From the sequence record SRR31156797_9317: a stretch of 32,823 nt of DNA; one strand, 5' to 3'. Below the pieces are notes generated by a model that saw only the letters and a program-made list of their open reading frames with translations, had not been told where the DNA came from and did not search any database. Every line of letters starts with the position of its first letter. Position 1 is the stretch's first letter. A program made the translations under genes and the position numbers. Below, piece after piece: positions 1-8,519 of this stretch.

Positions 1-22
1 CCCCCCCCCCCCCCCCCCCCCC
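1..22. other. Poly-C run at the window/contig start, probable sequencing or assembly artefact
   Basis: 22 consecutive C at the extreme end of an otherwise AT-leaning sequence. Confidence 0.75.
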
Positions 23-50
23 ACCCCGAATTCCATACAACCTAAACCAT

Positions 51-134
51 TGTCATTCTGGACGAAACCCCGAAATTTCGGGATGAAGCGAAGAATCAAT
101 TTCTTATTTCAAAATTTTACTCGGACAGTATTGA
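51..134. repeat. REP-like / miniature repeat element with an internal 14-bp palindrome
   Basis: TGTCATTCT...GAAGCGAAGAATC frame (ATTCT 55-59 pairs with AGAAT 92-96) enclosing the perfect palindrome CCCGAAATTTCGGG (69-82); followed by TTACTCGGACAGTATTGA, which resembles a MITE-like terminus. Only one copy is in the window. Confidence 0.5.
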
Positions 135-182
135 TAACAAATAACGAATATCCAATAACCATTAACGAATCAACCTTATACC

Positions 183-1247
183 ATGCCACGTAAAACCCGA
201 CTCAAATTCCTCGACAGGTATCTCACCCTCTGGATTTTCATGGCCATGTTTGCAGGGGTGGGTCTGGGCTATTTCTATCCCGGTATTGCAGGATTTTGGG
301 ATATGCTAAAACCTTCGCCTGAAAGCTCCACGAGCATTCCGCTGGCCATTGGCCTGATACTGATGATGTATCCGCCGCTGGCAAAAGTGAAGTACGAAGA
401 ATTACCGGTCGTTTTCCGAAATTTTAAAATACTTGCCTTGTCGCTGGTGCAGAACTGGTTCATTGGCCCGGTGCTGATGTTTTTTCTCGCCATCGCATTT
501 CTTCAGGGTTATCCTGCCTACATGTACGGGCTCATCCTTATCGGGCTGGCACGCTGCATAGCCATGGTGATTGTATGGAACGAGCTGGCCAAAGGCAATA
601 CTGAATATGCCGCCGGGCTGGTGGCTTTTAACAGTATTTTCCAGGTGTTGTTCTTTTCGGTGTATGCCTGGTTTTTTCTTTCGGTGGCCCCCGAATGGTT
701 CGGTATTGCAACCACCGAAGCGGTAGAAAAGATCACCATGGGGCAGATTGCCGAAAGCGTGCTGATCTACCTGGGCATTCCGTTTGCAGCAGGATTCTTA
801 ACCCGCTTTATCCTGATCAGGGTGAAAGACAAGGATTGGTACCACCGGAAATTTATCCCCAAAATTTCACCCATCACGCTCATCGCACTGCTCTTTACTA
901 TCGTCGTAATGTTTTCTTATAAAGGCGAAAAGATCATTGAGTTGCCGATGGATGTGGTGCGGGTGGCTATCCCCCTGATCATCTATTTTGTGGTGATGTT
1001 CCTGATCTCATTTTGGATGGGAAAACGTGTCGGTGCCGATTATTCAAGAACAACAACCATTGCATTTACAGCAGCCTCCAACAACTTCGAGCTGGCCATT
1101 GCCGTAGCCGTGGCTGTGTTCGGCCCCTATTCAGGTGTGGCTTTCGCTGCAGTTATCGGGCCACTGGTAGAAGTGCCGGTGCTGATTGCCCTGGTGAATG
1201 TTGCCTTACGATTTCAGAAAAAGTATTTTAAAACACAAACCAACTAA
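183..1247 (+). CDS. acr3: ACR3-family arsenite efflux transporter
   Basis: [35 protein letters not shown] (conserved Cys), [11 protein letters not shown] and GPLVEVP motifs; about 10 hydrophobic segments. Confidence 0.96.
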   Translation: MPRKTRLKFLDRYLTLWIFMAMFAGVGLGYFYPGIAGFWDMLKPSPESSTSIPLAIGLILMMYPPLAKVKYEELPVVFRNFKILALSLVQNWFIGPVLMFFLAIAFLQGYPAYMYGLILIGLARCIAMVIVWNELAKGNTEYAAGLVAFNSIFQVLFFSVYAWFFLSVAPEWFGIATTEAVEKITMGQIAESVLIYLGIPFAAGFLTRFILIRVKDKDWYHRKFIPKISPITLIALLFTIVVMFSYKGEKIIELPMDVVRVAIPLIIYFVVMFLISFWMGKRVGADYSRTTTIAFTAASNNFELAIAVAVAVFGPYSGVAFAAVIGPLVEVPVLIALVNVALRFQKKYFKTQTN

Positions 1248-1259
1248 AATTTTTTAGAT

Positions 1260-1682
1260 ATGAAGAAAAATGAAATGACAGTAATGTTGATTTTGATGCT
1301 GGCCTTTATCCTGCCCGGGTTTTCATCTCTGGCTCAGGAAAACAACACAGTAGAAGCCAAAGTGGATGTTTATTATTTTCACACTACCAAACGCTGCCCA
1401 ACCTGTGAAGCCATCGAAAGGGAGACGAAAAAAACCATACAACGTTCTTTTGCCGATCAATACAAAAATGGCACCCTGAAATTGCATATCCTGAACCTGG
1501 ATGACGAGGATAATAAAGCACTTGTAAACAAATACGAAATTTATGGATCAAGCCTGATCCTGGTTCCGGCTGATGGTGGCGAGGTGGTTAATCTCACCAA
1601 TAAAGCATTTCTGTATGCCCTCGACCAGTCGTTTGCGTTCAGGAAAGAACTCCGTGAAAAACTTAACGAAATATTAAAATAA
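1260..1682 (+). CDS. Exported thioredoxin-fold CxxC protein (ArsF-like family found in ars clusters)
   Basis: Signal peptide ending SLA-Q; YYFHTTKRCPTC motif; 12 bp downstream of acr3. Confidence 0.75.
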   Translation: MKKNEMTVMLILMLAFILPGFSSLAQENNTVEAKVDVYYFHTTKRCPTCEAIERETKKTIQRSFADQYKNGTLKLHILNLDDEDNKALVNKYEIYGSSLILVPADGGEVVNLTNKAFLYALDQSFAFRKELREKLNEILK

Positions 1683-1760
1683 GCCACAGGAAAAGATCTC
1701 GCCGACTATGTACTTACGGGGATAACAATTTTTCCGGACATTCGAAAAATTCAAAAACCA

Positions 1761-3098
1761 GTGGATAACAAAAAAGAAATCAGGATTTTACTTTGGATGG
1801 CTGTGATCTTTGCATTTGCATTTTTCATGCCCTTGCAAAGCGAGCGTTTCAACGAAGCCATCATGGCTATGTTCGACCTCACGAAATGGTATGCACAGGA
1901 ACATGTGATCCTGTGCCTGCTGCCGGCGTTTTTTATTGCCGGTGTAATCTCGGTGTTTGTAAGTCAGGGTGCGGTGATGAAGTACTTCGGAGCCAGGGCC
2001 AAAAAATGGGTTGCCTATACGGTGGCTTCGGTTTCGGGAACCATACTGGCGGTTTGCAGTTGCACCATCCTGCCGTTGTTTTCGAGTATTCATAAGCGTG
2101 GTGCTGGCCTGGGCCCCGCTGTTGCCTTTTTATATTCAGGGCCCGCTATCAACATCCTGGCCATCATTCTCACAGCCCGCATCCTGGGTTTCGAGATGGG
2201 CATGGCAAGAATTATCGGAGCCGTGGTTTTTGCCATCGTAATTGGCTCAGCCATGTCATTCATCTATCGCAAGGAGGAAAAAGCCAAGCGGGAAGAACAG
2301 ATGAATTTCCCCGACATCCCCGAAAAAAGGCCGATATGGAAAACATCATTTCATTTTTTCACCCTGGTATTGATACTGGTATTTGCCAACTGGGGAAAGC
2401 CCGAAAGCAGCGACACGACAAGTACGTGGTACTACATTTGGGCATACAAATGGTATATCACCGGATTTTTTTCCCTGCTGCTCATGTATTCGCTGACCTT
2501 TATTTTAAAAATCAAATGGCACAGGGTGCTGTTGGCTGGCCTGGCAACGGTGGCTTCAGCTTTGCTGGCAAACACATTTATCGAAAGCAACAAACTGGCC
2601 CCGCTTGTTCCGGTACTGACCGGCATCGCCGCTTTAAGCCTTATTACCCTAAAAGATAACGATGCTGACAACCGCGAGTGGACCATTTCATCCTGGGGTT
2701 TTGCAAAGCAGATTATGCCGCTTTTGGCCATTGGTGTTGTTACTGCCGGTTTTCTACTGGGTTCCACCCACGGCGATACTGCCATTGCCGGCATAATTCC
2801 CGGTGAATGGATTGCAGCTTTGGTGGGAAATAATTCGATATTCTCCAACTTTTTTGCATCCATTGTGGGCGCATTCATGTACTTTGCCACCCTCACCGAG
2901 GTGCCCATTTTGCAGGGATTAATAGCTTCGGGCATGGGCAAAGGACCTGCACTGGCACTGCTGCTTGCAGGCCCATCGCTTTCCCTTCCGAACATGCTGG
3001 TGATACGCGGCGTAATGGGAACACAGAAAACACTGGTATATGTGTTGCTGGTGGTAATAATGGCGACCATCTCAGGATTGATTTTTGGGGCAATTTAG
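1761..3098 (+). CDS. ArsP/DUF318-family permease
   Basis: LCLLPAFFIAG, AVCSCTILP, FLYSGPAIN, MYFATLTEVPI and LLLAGPSLSLP motifs; polytopic membrane protein; GTG start after an A-rich leader. Confidence 0.88.
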   Translation: MDNKKEIRILLWMAVIFAFAFFMPLQSERFNEAIMAMFDLTKWYAQEHVILCLLPAFFIAGVISVFVSQGAVMKYFGARAKKWVAYTVASVSGTILAVCSCTILPLFSSIHKRGAGLGPAVAFLYSGPAINILAIILTARILGFEMGMARIIGAVVFAIVIGSAMSFIYRKEEKAKREEQMNFPDIPEKRPIWKTSFHFFTLVLILVFANWGKPESSDTTSTWYYIWAYKWYITGFFSLLLMYSLTFILKIKWHRVLLAGLATVASALLANTFIESNKLAPLVPVLTGIAALSLITLKDNDADNREWTISSWGFAKQIMPLLAIGVVTAGFLLGSTHGDTAIAGIIPGEWIAALVGNNSIFSNFFASIVGAFMYFATLTEVPILQGLIASGMGKGPALALLLAGPSLSLPNMLVIRGVMGTQKTLVYVLLVVIMATISGLIFGAI

Positions 3099-3181
3099 CA
3101 GACGATTTGGTTATGAAACGCATCGGGGATATCAGGAGTACCGATTCAGCCGCTTATGACCATTCGGAAATTCTATATTAC

Positions 3182-3604
3182 ATGAAAGACATATTTGCAG
3201 GTAAAGGAATCAAAAACGGCAAGTTGCTTAGCCTCTCTCCAAAAGAAACGGCGGATGCCTGTGCTGAAGGAGCTATCATTGTGGATGTGCGGGAGGACTA
3301 TCTGAACAGCTACAAAATGTTTGGCGTAACCGAAGTAATTTATTTGCCCATGACCAGTTTCAAAAAGGATTATCGCATTCTGCCTGAAGACCGGTATCTC
3401 ATCATTGCCGATTCATCAGGAATAAAAAGTAAGGAAGCCGCAATATTTTTGATGGAAAGAGGCTACAAAAAAGTGGCCAACCTGGCAGGTGGACTGGTGG
3501 AATGGGAACGTGATAAAATGCCGCTGAACACAGACATTGGTGAACGGCTGACCGGTTCGTGTATGTGCCAGCTCAAACCCAGGGACAGAAAGAAGAAAGA
3601 GTGA
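3182..3604 (+). CDS. Rhodanese-like domain protein, Asp at the catalytic Cys position, C-terminal SCMC motif
   Basis: IVDVRE...ANLAGGLVEW rhodanese signature; loop ADSSGIKS; tail GSCMCQLK. Start uncertain (3107 TTG, 3113 ATG or 3182 ATG). Confidence 0.8.
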   Translation: MKDIFAGKGIKNGKLLSLSPKETADACAEGAIIVDVREDYLNSYKMFGVTEVIYLPMTSFKKDYRILPEDRYLIIADSSGIKSKEAAIFLMERGYKKVANLAGGLVEWERDKMPLNTDIGERLTGSCMCQLKPRDRKKKE

Positions 3605-3623
3605 AAACTTAAACTCAAAAGTT

Positions 3624-4397
3624 ATGAAAATACAATCTTGTGGATTTATTGGCGGGGGCAGGATCACCGGGATTTTCCTCCAGGCCTTCGAAAACAAAAA
3701 AGCATCATGGGATGATGTGGTTGTTTATGATAAGGATGAAGAAACAGCCTCAAAGTTAAAACAGCAATTTCCGAAAATTAACATCGCCAAAACTTCAGCA
3801 GAGGCTGCTCAATGCGATGTGGTTTATATTGCGCTTCATCCACCTGTGATCATCGAAACCCTGGCTGACATAAAAGGCCACATGAAAGAAAATTCGGTGG
3901 TTGTGTCGCTTGCGCCCAAAATCACCATCGAAAAGATGCGTGGGATTTTAGGCATTCCAAATGTCATGCGGCTGATTCCCAATGCGACTTCCAACATCAA
4001 CGAAGGCTATAATCCTATTTGCTTTGCTGATGGTTTCAATTCTTCCAGGAAAATTGAAATCCTTTCCATAATCGACATTCTTGGAAAAGCAGTCGAGACA
4101 GATGAATCAAAGCTTGAGGCCTATGCCATTGTTTCGGCTATGCTCCCGACGTATTTTTGGTTTCAGTGGAAAACACTGGTTGAGCTGGGTATTGACATGG
4201 GCCTGGAAAGCAGCGAAAGTAACCAGACTGTTATGCAAACACTGGAAGCTGCCATAAAGCTGATGTTTTCTTCTGGATTGAGTTATGAAGCTATTACCGA
4301 CCTCATTCCGGTTAAACCAATCGCTGAGCATGAAGATGAGATTAGTCAGATATTGCAAACCAAATTATCAGGGTTGTATCAAAAAATTAAACCTTAA
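3624..4397 (+). CDS. NAD(P)-binding oxidoreductase of the pyrroline-5-carboxylate reductase-like fold
   Basis: GFIGGGRIT Rossmann motif, VVSLAP and RLIPN ProC-like motifs; lacks the ProC SGSGPA and SPGGTT motifs. Confidence 0.75.
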   Translation: MKIQSCGFIGGGRITGIFLQAFENKKASWDDVVVYDKDEETASKLKQQFPKINIAKTSAEAAQCDVVYIALHPPVIIETLADIKGHMKENSVVVSLAPKITIEKMRGILGIPNVMRLIPNATSNINEGYNPICFADGFNSSRKIEILSIIDILGKAVETDESKLEAYAIVSAMLPTYFWFQWKTLVELGIDMGLESSESNQTVMQTLEAAIKLMFSSGLSYEAITDLIPVKPIAEHEDEISQILQTKLSGLYQKIKP

Positions 4398-4437
4398 ACA
4401 ATTTTAAAACCAATCTTATCATCCAATCAAGAATAAA

Positions 4438-4812
4438 ATGACCGCCAAACTCAGATACATATTTTTAATATTGCTGCTCATAGCGGGCTCATTTTTGCTA
4501 AATAGCTGTGATCAGGATGAAGAAACGCCGGAGCCTGAACCAACGGTAAATCTGGCACTCGACAGTATCACTACCCCCAAAAAGCATATCGAGATTTTTG
4601 AGGAAATTCTCGTTACTGCGCATGCCCGTGGAAAAAACCTGCAATATTTCTGGGAAACAAACCATGGCAGTATGCTTGGCAAAGATTCCGTTACGGTTAG
4701 ATATTGGGGCTGCCCTTCCTGCATTGGCATCAACACCATACAGTGTACTATTTCCAATGAATATGGTTCTGTTTCCGATACGATAATGGTACAGGTTGAC
4801 CCATGGGATTAA
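4438..4812 (+). CDS. Lipoprotein with CPSC motif and Ig/PKD-like beta fold
   Basis: Lipobox LLNS-C followed by acidic DQDEE; YFW...ISNEYGSVSDTIMVQV resembles a PKD-like domain. Confidence 0.7.
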   Translation: MTAKLRYIFLILLLIAGSFLLNSCDQDEETPEPEPTVNLALDSITTPKKHIEIFEEILVTAHARGKNLQYFWETNHGSMLGKDSVTVRYWGCPSCIGINTIQCTISNEYGSVSDTIMVQVDPWD

Positions 4813-4818
4813 TCGTGT

Positions 4819-5760
4819 ATGAATAAATTAATTTACATCATAACCATACTTGCGGGCCTTCTATTGCCTGATTTTGCCTACGCGCAATGCTGTGCTGCCG
4901 GCAATCCCGTGGGTGGTGACGGATCGCAGGATGCGATGAAAAAAAATCAGTTGAGTGTTTTAGCTGCATACAGGTATAGTAATTCCAGAGATTATTATCA
5001 TCGTGACCAAAAGGAGGATATCCAAAACATCGAAAGGAGCTATTATAATTATGGCAGCCTCTCACTTTCGTATGGCATCAACTGGCGATTTACCCTCCAC
5101 ACCGAAATGGGCTATTATTTCGATAAAATTCAGGTAGTGAATCTTACCACCGGTGAGGAATCCATCAAGGCGGAGGGAATCGGGGATTTATCGGTTACAA
5201 TAAGATATAGCCTGTTGCCCCAAAACATCGTGAATGAAAGCAGGTTGATCTTCGCACTTGGCGGGAGGTTCCCGGTTGGGCAGTTCAACGAGGTGCAGGA
5301 TGGCGTGAAAATTCCGGTTGCCCTGCAACCCTCCTCAGGGGCATTAAAAGTTAACAGCTCCTTGTTTTATTCTCATAAAAAAGCGGATGCATTAATTGGG
5401 TGGAGCGCATTTGCCATGTTTGAGCGGAGCAATCAAATTAACGAAGGGCTGATCGTTTATAAATATGGAAATCTTTGGATGTTGGAGGCTACCGTATTTT
5501 ACCCGATTAAATCATCAACTGTGATTTCGCTGTCCTCCAAAGCTGAGTTCAGGGGGAAGGACACAAAGGAAAACGACCTGGAAATTGAATCTTCCGGGGG
5601 TGTGGTTTTTTATATGAAACCGCAGGTACAATTGAAAATCGCACATGATTTGTATTTGCACACTTTTGGGGAGGTGCCTGTGTACAAATATGTAAATGGC
5701 TACCAGCTTACCAACCTGTTTGCTTTTCAGGTGGGTATTCGAAAAACTTTTACATTGTAG
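4819..5760 (+). CDS. Putative outer-membrane beta-barrel channel (MetA-pathway/SphA-like 'transporter') with N-terminal Cys-Cys
   Basis: Signal peptide AYA-QCC; GIGDLSV, RFPVG and LQPSSG motifs; amphipathic strands; C-terminal FQVGIRKTFTL. Confidence 0.65.
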   Translation: MNKLIYIITILAGLLLPDFAYAQCCAAGNPVGGDGSQDAMKKNQLSVLAAYRYSNSRDYYHRDQKEDIQNIERSYYNYGSLSLSYGINWRFTLHTEMGYYFDKIQVVNLTTGEESIKAEGIGDLSVTIRYSLLPQNIVNESRLIFALGGRFPVGQFNEVQDGVKIPVALQPSSGALKVNSSLFYSHKKADALIGWSAFAMFERSNQINEGLIVYKYGNLWMLEATVFYPIKSSTVISLSSKAEFRGKDTKENDLEIESSGGVVFYMKPQVQLKIAHDLYLHTFGEVPVYKYVNGYQLTNLFAFQVGIRKTFTL

Positions 5761-5792
5761 AAATACTGTCAAATCAAAATCACCAGTTAAAC

Positions 5793-6212
5793 ATGAAAAT
5801 TTTAATCCTTTGTACCGGTAACAGTTGCCGCAGCCAGATGGCCCAGGGATTTCTACAATCCTTTGACCGGGATATTGAAGTGCATTCCGCCGGCACTGAG
5901 GCCTCCGGTAAACTCAATCCAAAGGCTGTTGAGGTAATGAATGATATTGGTATCGACATCAGTCACCATACCTCCGATCAGGTTGATAAATACCTTGGTG
6001 AAACGTGGGATTATGTGATCACGGTATGCGGTGGTGCCAACGAGGTTTGCCCGGCGTTTATCGGAAAAGTGAAACACAGACTTCACATGGGCTTTGAAGA
6101 CCCCTCGGATGCTGTTGGCTCAGATGAATTTATCATGAGTGAGTTCCGCAGGGTGAGAGATGAGATAAAAAAGGCTTTCCGAAAGTTTTATGTTGAGCGA
6201 CTTCGAAACTGA
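5793..6212 (+). CDS. arsC: Thioredoxin-coupled arsenate reductase (LMW-PTP fold)
   Basis: CTGNSCRSQMA P-loop, SAGT, resolving cysteines in TVCG...VCP, FEDP; acr3 context. Confidence 0.93.
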   Translation: MKILILCTGNSCRSQMAQGFLQSFDRDIEVHSAGTEASGKLNPKAVEVMNDIGIDISHHTSDQVDKYLGETWDYVITVCGGANEVCPAFIGKVKHRLHMGFEDPSDAVGSDEFIMSEFRRVRDEIKKAFRKFYVERLRN

Positions 6213-6216
6213 TATA

Positions 6217-6250
6217 CCTCATGAAATTGTTGATTTCGTTGAGGCTTTTT
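6217..6250 (+). terminator. Probable intrinsic terminator after arsC
   Basis: CCTCA-TGAAAT / ATTTCG-T-TGAGG imperfect stem followed by CTTTTT. Confidence 0.55.
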
Positions 6251-6287
6251 GATGAGGATAAAATGGTTACCGGAAACTTAAAAATGA

Positions 6288-6295
6288 TATTTTTG
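6288..6295 (+). promoter_or_regulatory. Bacteroidota housekeeping promoter -7 element
   Basis: TATTTTTG matches TAnnTTTG, 20 bp before the ATG at 6316. Confidence 0.5.
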
Positions 6296-6315
6296 CCAAA
6301 AAAAAACAATATCAT

Positions 6316-7113
6316 ATGAAATCGTTACAAATTCTTTTTTCTCTTTTACTTATTTGTGGAATATCAAATTATAGCATCGCCTCACGTGGAAGTGATGTAA
6401 AAACAGTTAATTCAAATATTCCCACAGAATTGGAAACAGCAGCCGATGCAGGATTCAATACCATTTTGGTGATTACCGATAAAAACGCTCAAGACCTGGA
6501 TCAGGCCATTGAGCTTGCTGAAGCCACAGCTGCAATGAGTAAAAACACCATGGTTGCTGTTGTTGATAAAAGTGTGGAGGAAAACAAAACTATTGTGGAA
6601 AGATACAATATGTCACGCTTTCCTGTACCCTTTGTACTCATTTTGGCGCCTGCCGGAAATGTAACCGGAGGAGCTATGCCGGCCCAGATTACAGCAGAAA
6701 AACTGGCGAAATACCTTCCCAGTCCATGCTATAACCAGGCCCTTGAGGCGAGGAATGGCAGCAAGTCGACCTTAATCCTGATTTCATCTGAAAAGGCTGA
6801 AAACACTGAAGATTGGGAAAAGACTATTAAATCAGCCACCTCAGCAATTACACCCGAACCGGAAATCATTCGTGTTGATGCAGATGATGAGCATGAAAAA
6901 AGCTTTTTGTCACGCGTTGGATATCGTGGTGAAGAGATTCCAATGATAATCGTAATCAATAATTCGGGACAGGTTACCGGAAAATTTACACAGGTTCCTG
7001 ATGTTGAAGTATTGAAAACCACGGCAAACAAAATGATAAAATCAGGGTGTGGCGGTTGTAAGAGTTCAAAGTCCTGCTCCCCAAAAGATAAAGCCCAGTG
7101 TGGCGAAAAATAA
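6316..7113 (+). CDS. Exported protein with two thioredoxin-like repeats and a Cys-rich C-terminal tail
   Basis: Signal peptide; internal repeats PFVLILAPAGNVTG / PMIIVINNSGQVTG; tail GCGGCKSSKSCSPKDKAQC. Confidence 0.7.
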   Translation: MKSLQILFSLLLICGISNYSIASRGSDVKTVNSNIPTELETAADAGFNTILVITDKNAQDLDQAIELAEATAAMSKNTMVAVVDKSVEENKTIVERYNMSRFPVPFVLILAPAGNVTGGAMPAQITAEKLAKYLPSPCYNQALEARNGSKSTLILISSEKAENTEDWEKTIKSATSAITPEPEIIRVDADDEHEKSFLSRVGYRGEEIPMIIVINNSGQVTGKFTQVPDVEVLKTTANKMIKSGCGGCKSSKSCSPKDKAQCGEK

Positions 7114-7131
7114 AACACGGATACGTTGGGA

Positions 7132-7178
7132 AAAACAAAAGAGGCTGTTCAGGTAATCCGGACAGCCTCTTTTGTTTT
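7132..7178. terminator. Bidirectional intrinsic terminator between convergent genes
   Basis: Perfect 17-bp inverted repeat AAAACAAAAGAGGCTGT / ACAGCCTCTTTTGTTTT. Confidence 0.9.
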
Positions 7179-7192
7179 ATAGATGGTTGGGT

Positions 7193-8326
7193 TTATCTTT
7201 TCAGGTCATCGGTTATCCGGTAGATCACATCAATCATCGAAGAGCCAAGTTTCTCACACCTTTCAGGCGACCAGCCATAAACAGGATCGGGTAAATCTGC
7301 ATTATCCTTAAACGGCATCTCAATGGTCATCGAAAGGCATTTAAATTTTTCACCAATCGCTTTGGAACAAATATTCAGGTTAGCAGTGCCCGGATCATTG
7401 ATGGGATAACCGTATTTGGTCTGGAAATCCGGACTGATCTCCACCCAGCTGTCCCTGAATTTGTTGAGTAAAAATTTCAGGTGCTCATCATAAGAAGGAA
7501 TACCTTCGATGGAAGAGATGAAATTGTAGGGCAGGCCCTCATCCGAATGTATGTCCAGATTCAGGTCAACACCTTTTTCTTCCATTTTTTTCAGGATGTG
7601 GTAAACTTCCGGAGCTTTTTCAGGATCAGGGTTGCCCCATTCGCGGTTCAGGTTTAATCCGGCAGCATTGGCCCTCAGGTTACCTGCAACGGCCCCGTCA
7701 GGATTTATAAATGGTATCACATAAAAAACGGCCTTGTTTAGCAGTGTTCTGGAAACGGGATCGTCAATTTCGGCCAAACGGCTGATAAAGGATTCCATAA
7801 AGAATGACGGTTGGGTTTCGCCGGGGTGCTGCCTGGCAATCACCCATATTTTCAGGGCATCTTCCCGTTCATCGCCAATAGTCAGCATATCCAGCTCACG
7901 GCCTTCCACGGTTCGGCCGATACTTTCGTAAGTAACCAACGGCGAAAACTGAATATTATGCACAAACTCCAAATGCCGTTCATAACTGTAGGGTGCAAAA
8001 TAGGCGTAAAAAACGGCATTGTGTTGTGGCTGATGGTCGATGGTTAAAACTTTGCCATCGAATTTGGTGGGCACCATAAACCATTCAATTTTGTCGTAAG
8101 ATGCCCGAACCATGTAATCTTCAAAACCCTCGGGGTAGCTCACTTTTCCGGCGTTTAAAATCTTCATACATAAACTGGTGTTTTCGGCTCCCGTAACCCT
8201 GAAATAAAACCATTGGAAAGTGTCACTTTTGGTGTCCGGCTTAATGTTGAGTTCAATGTTTGCCGGATCTGCGGCTTTTAAAACCTCAATATTTCCGCTA
8301 TCAAATCTGGATGTTATGTTTATCAT
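7193..8326 (-). CDS. M14-family cytosolic zinc carboxypeptidase (CCP/Nna1-like)
   Basis: FDSGN and WFYF N-domain motifs, ARQHPGE (HxxE), NPDG, NLNR, DIH, EMP. Confidence 0.92.
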   Translation of the reverse strand: MINITSRFDSGNIEVLKAADPANIELNIKPDTKSDTFQWFYFRVTGAENTSLCMKILNAGKVSYPEGFEDYMVRASYDKIEWFMVPTKFDGKVLTIDHQPQHNAVFYAYFAPYSYERHLEFVHNIQFSPLVTYESIGRTVEGRELDMLTIGDEREDALKIWVIARQHPGETQPSFFMESFISRLAEIDDPVSRTLLNKAVFYVIPFINPDGAVAGNLRANAAGLNLNREWGNPDPEKAPEVYHILKKMEEKGVDLNLDIHSDEGLPYNFISSIEGIPSYDEHLKFLLNKFRDSWVEISPDFQTKYGYPINDPGTANLNICSKAIGEKFKCLSMTIEMPFKDNADLPDPVYGWSPERCEKLGSSMIDVIYRITDDLKR

Positions 8327-8367
8327 TTTGTTATTAATTTTCTACAAAGCTGCTTCTTTTTAAGGTT

Positions 8368-8375
8368 CAAAAGTA
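8368..8375 (-). promoter_or_regulatory. Bacteroidota housekeeping promoter -7 element for the M14 peptidase
   Basis: TACTTTTG on the minus strand, about 40 bp upstream of the start at 8326. Confidence 0.5.
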
Positions 8376-8519
8376 CGGTAAGTATTTAAAAAGTCTTAAA
8401 CGGAACCATATGCTTAATAAAAAGCATAACATGCTTAGGATGTAATGGTCATGACCGTATGGAGAACTTGTATTGAAAGTTCTGCAACCAGGTATTTCAT
8501 CAGGGTGACAATGATCTGA

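Noticed and set aside
1-27. Poly-C as a biological G-quadruplex or phase-variable tract
   Set aside because: Its terminal position fits a poly-G sequencing artefact read on the reverse strand
2432-3070. 212-aa minus-strand ORF
   Set aside because: Antisense to the ArsP-family permease, with biased composition
3602-6212. TGA stops of the rhodanese-like gene and arsC as possible selenocysteine codons
   Set aside because: They fall at natural C-termini rather than at Cys-equivalent positions, and no SECIS-like support is evident
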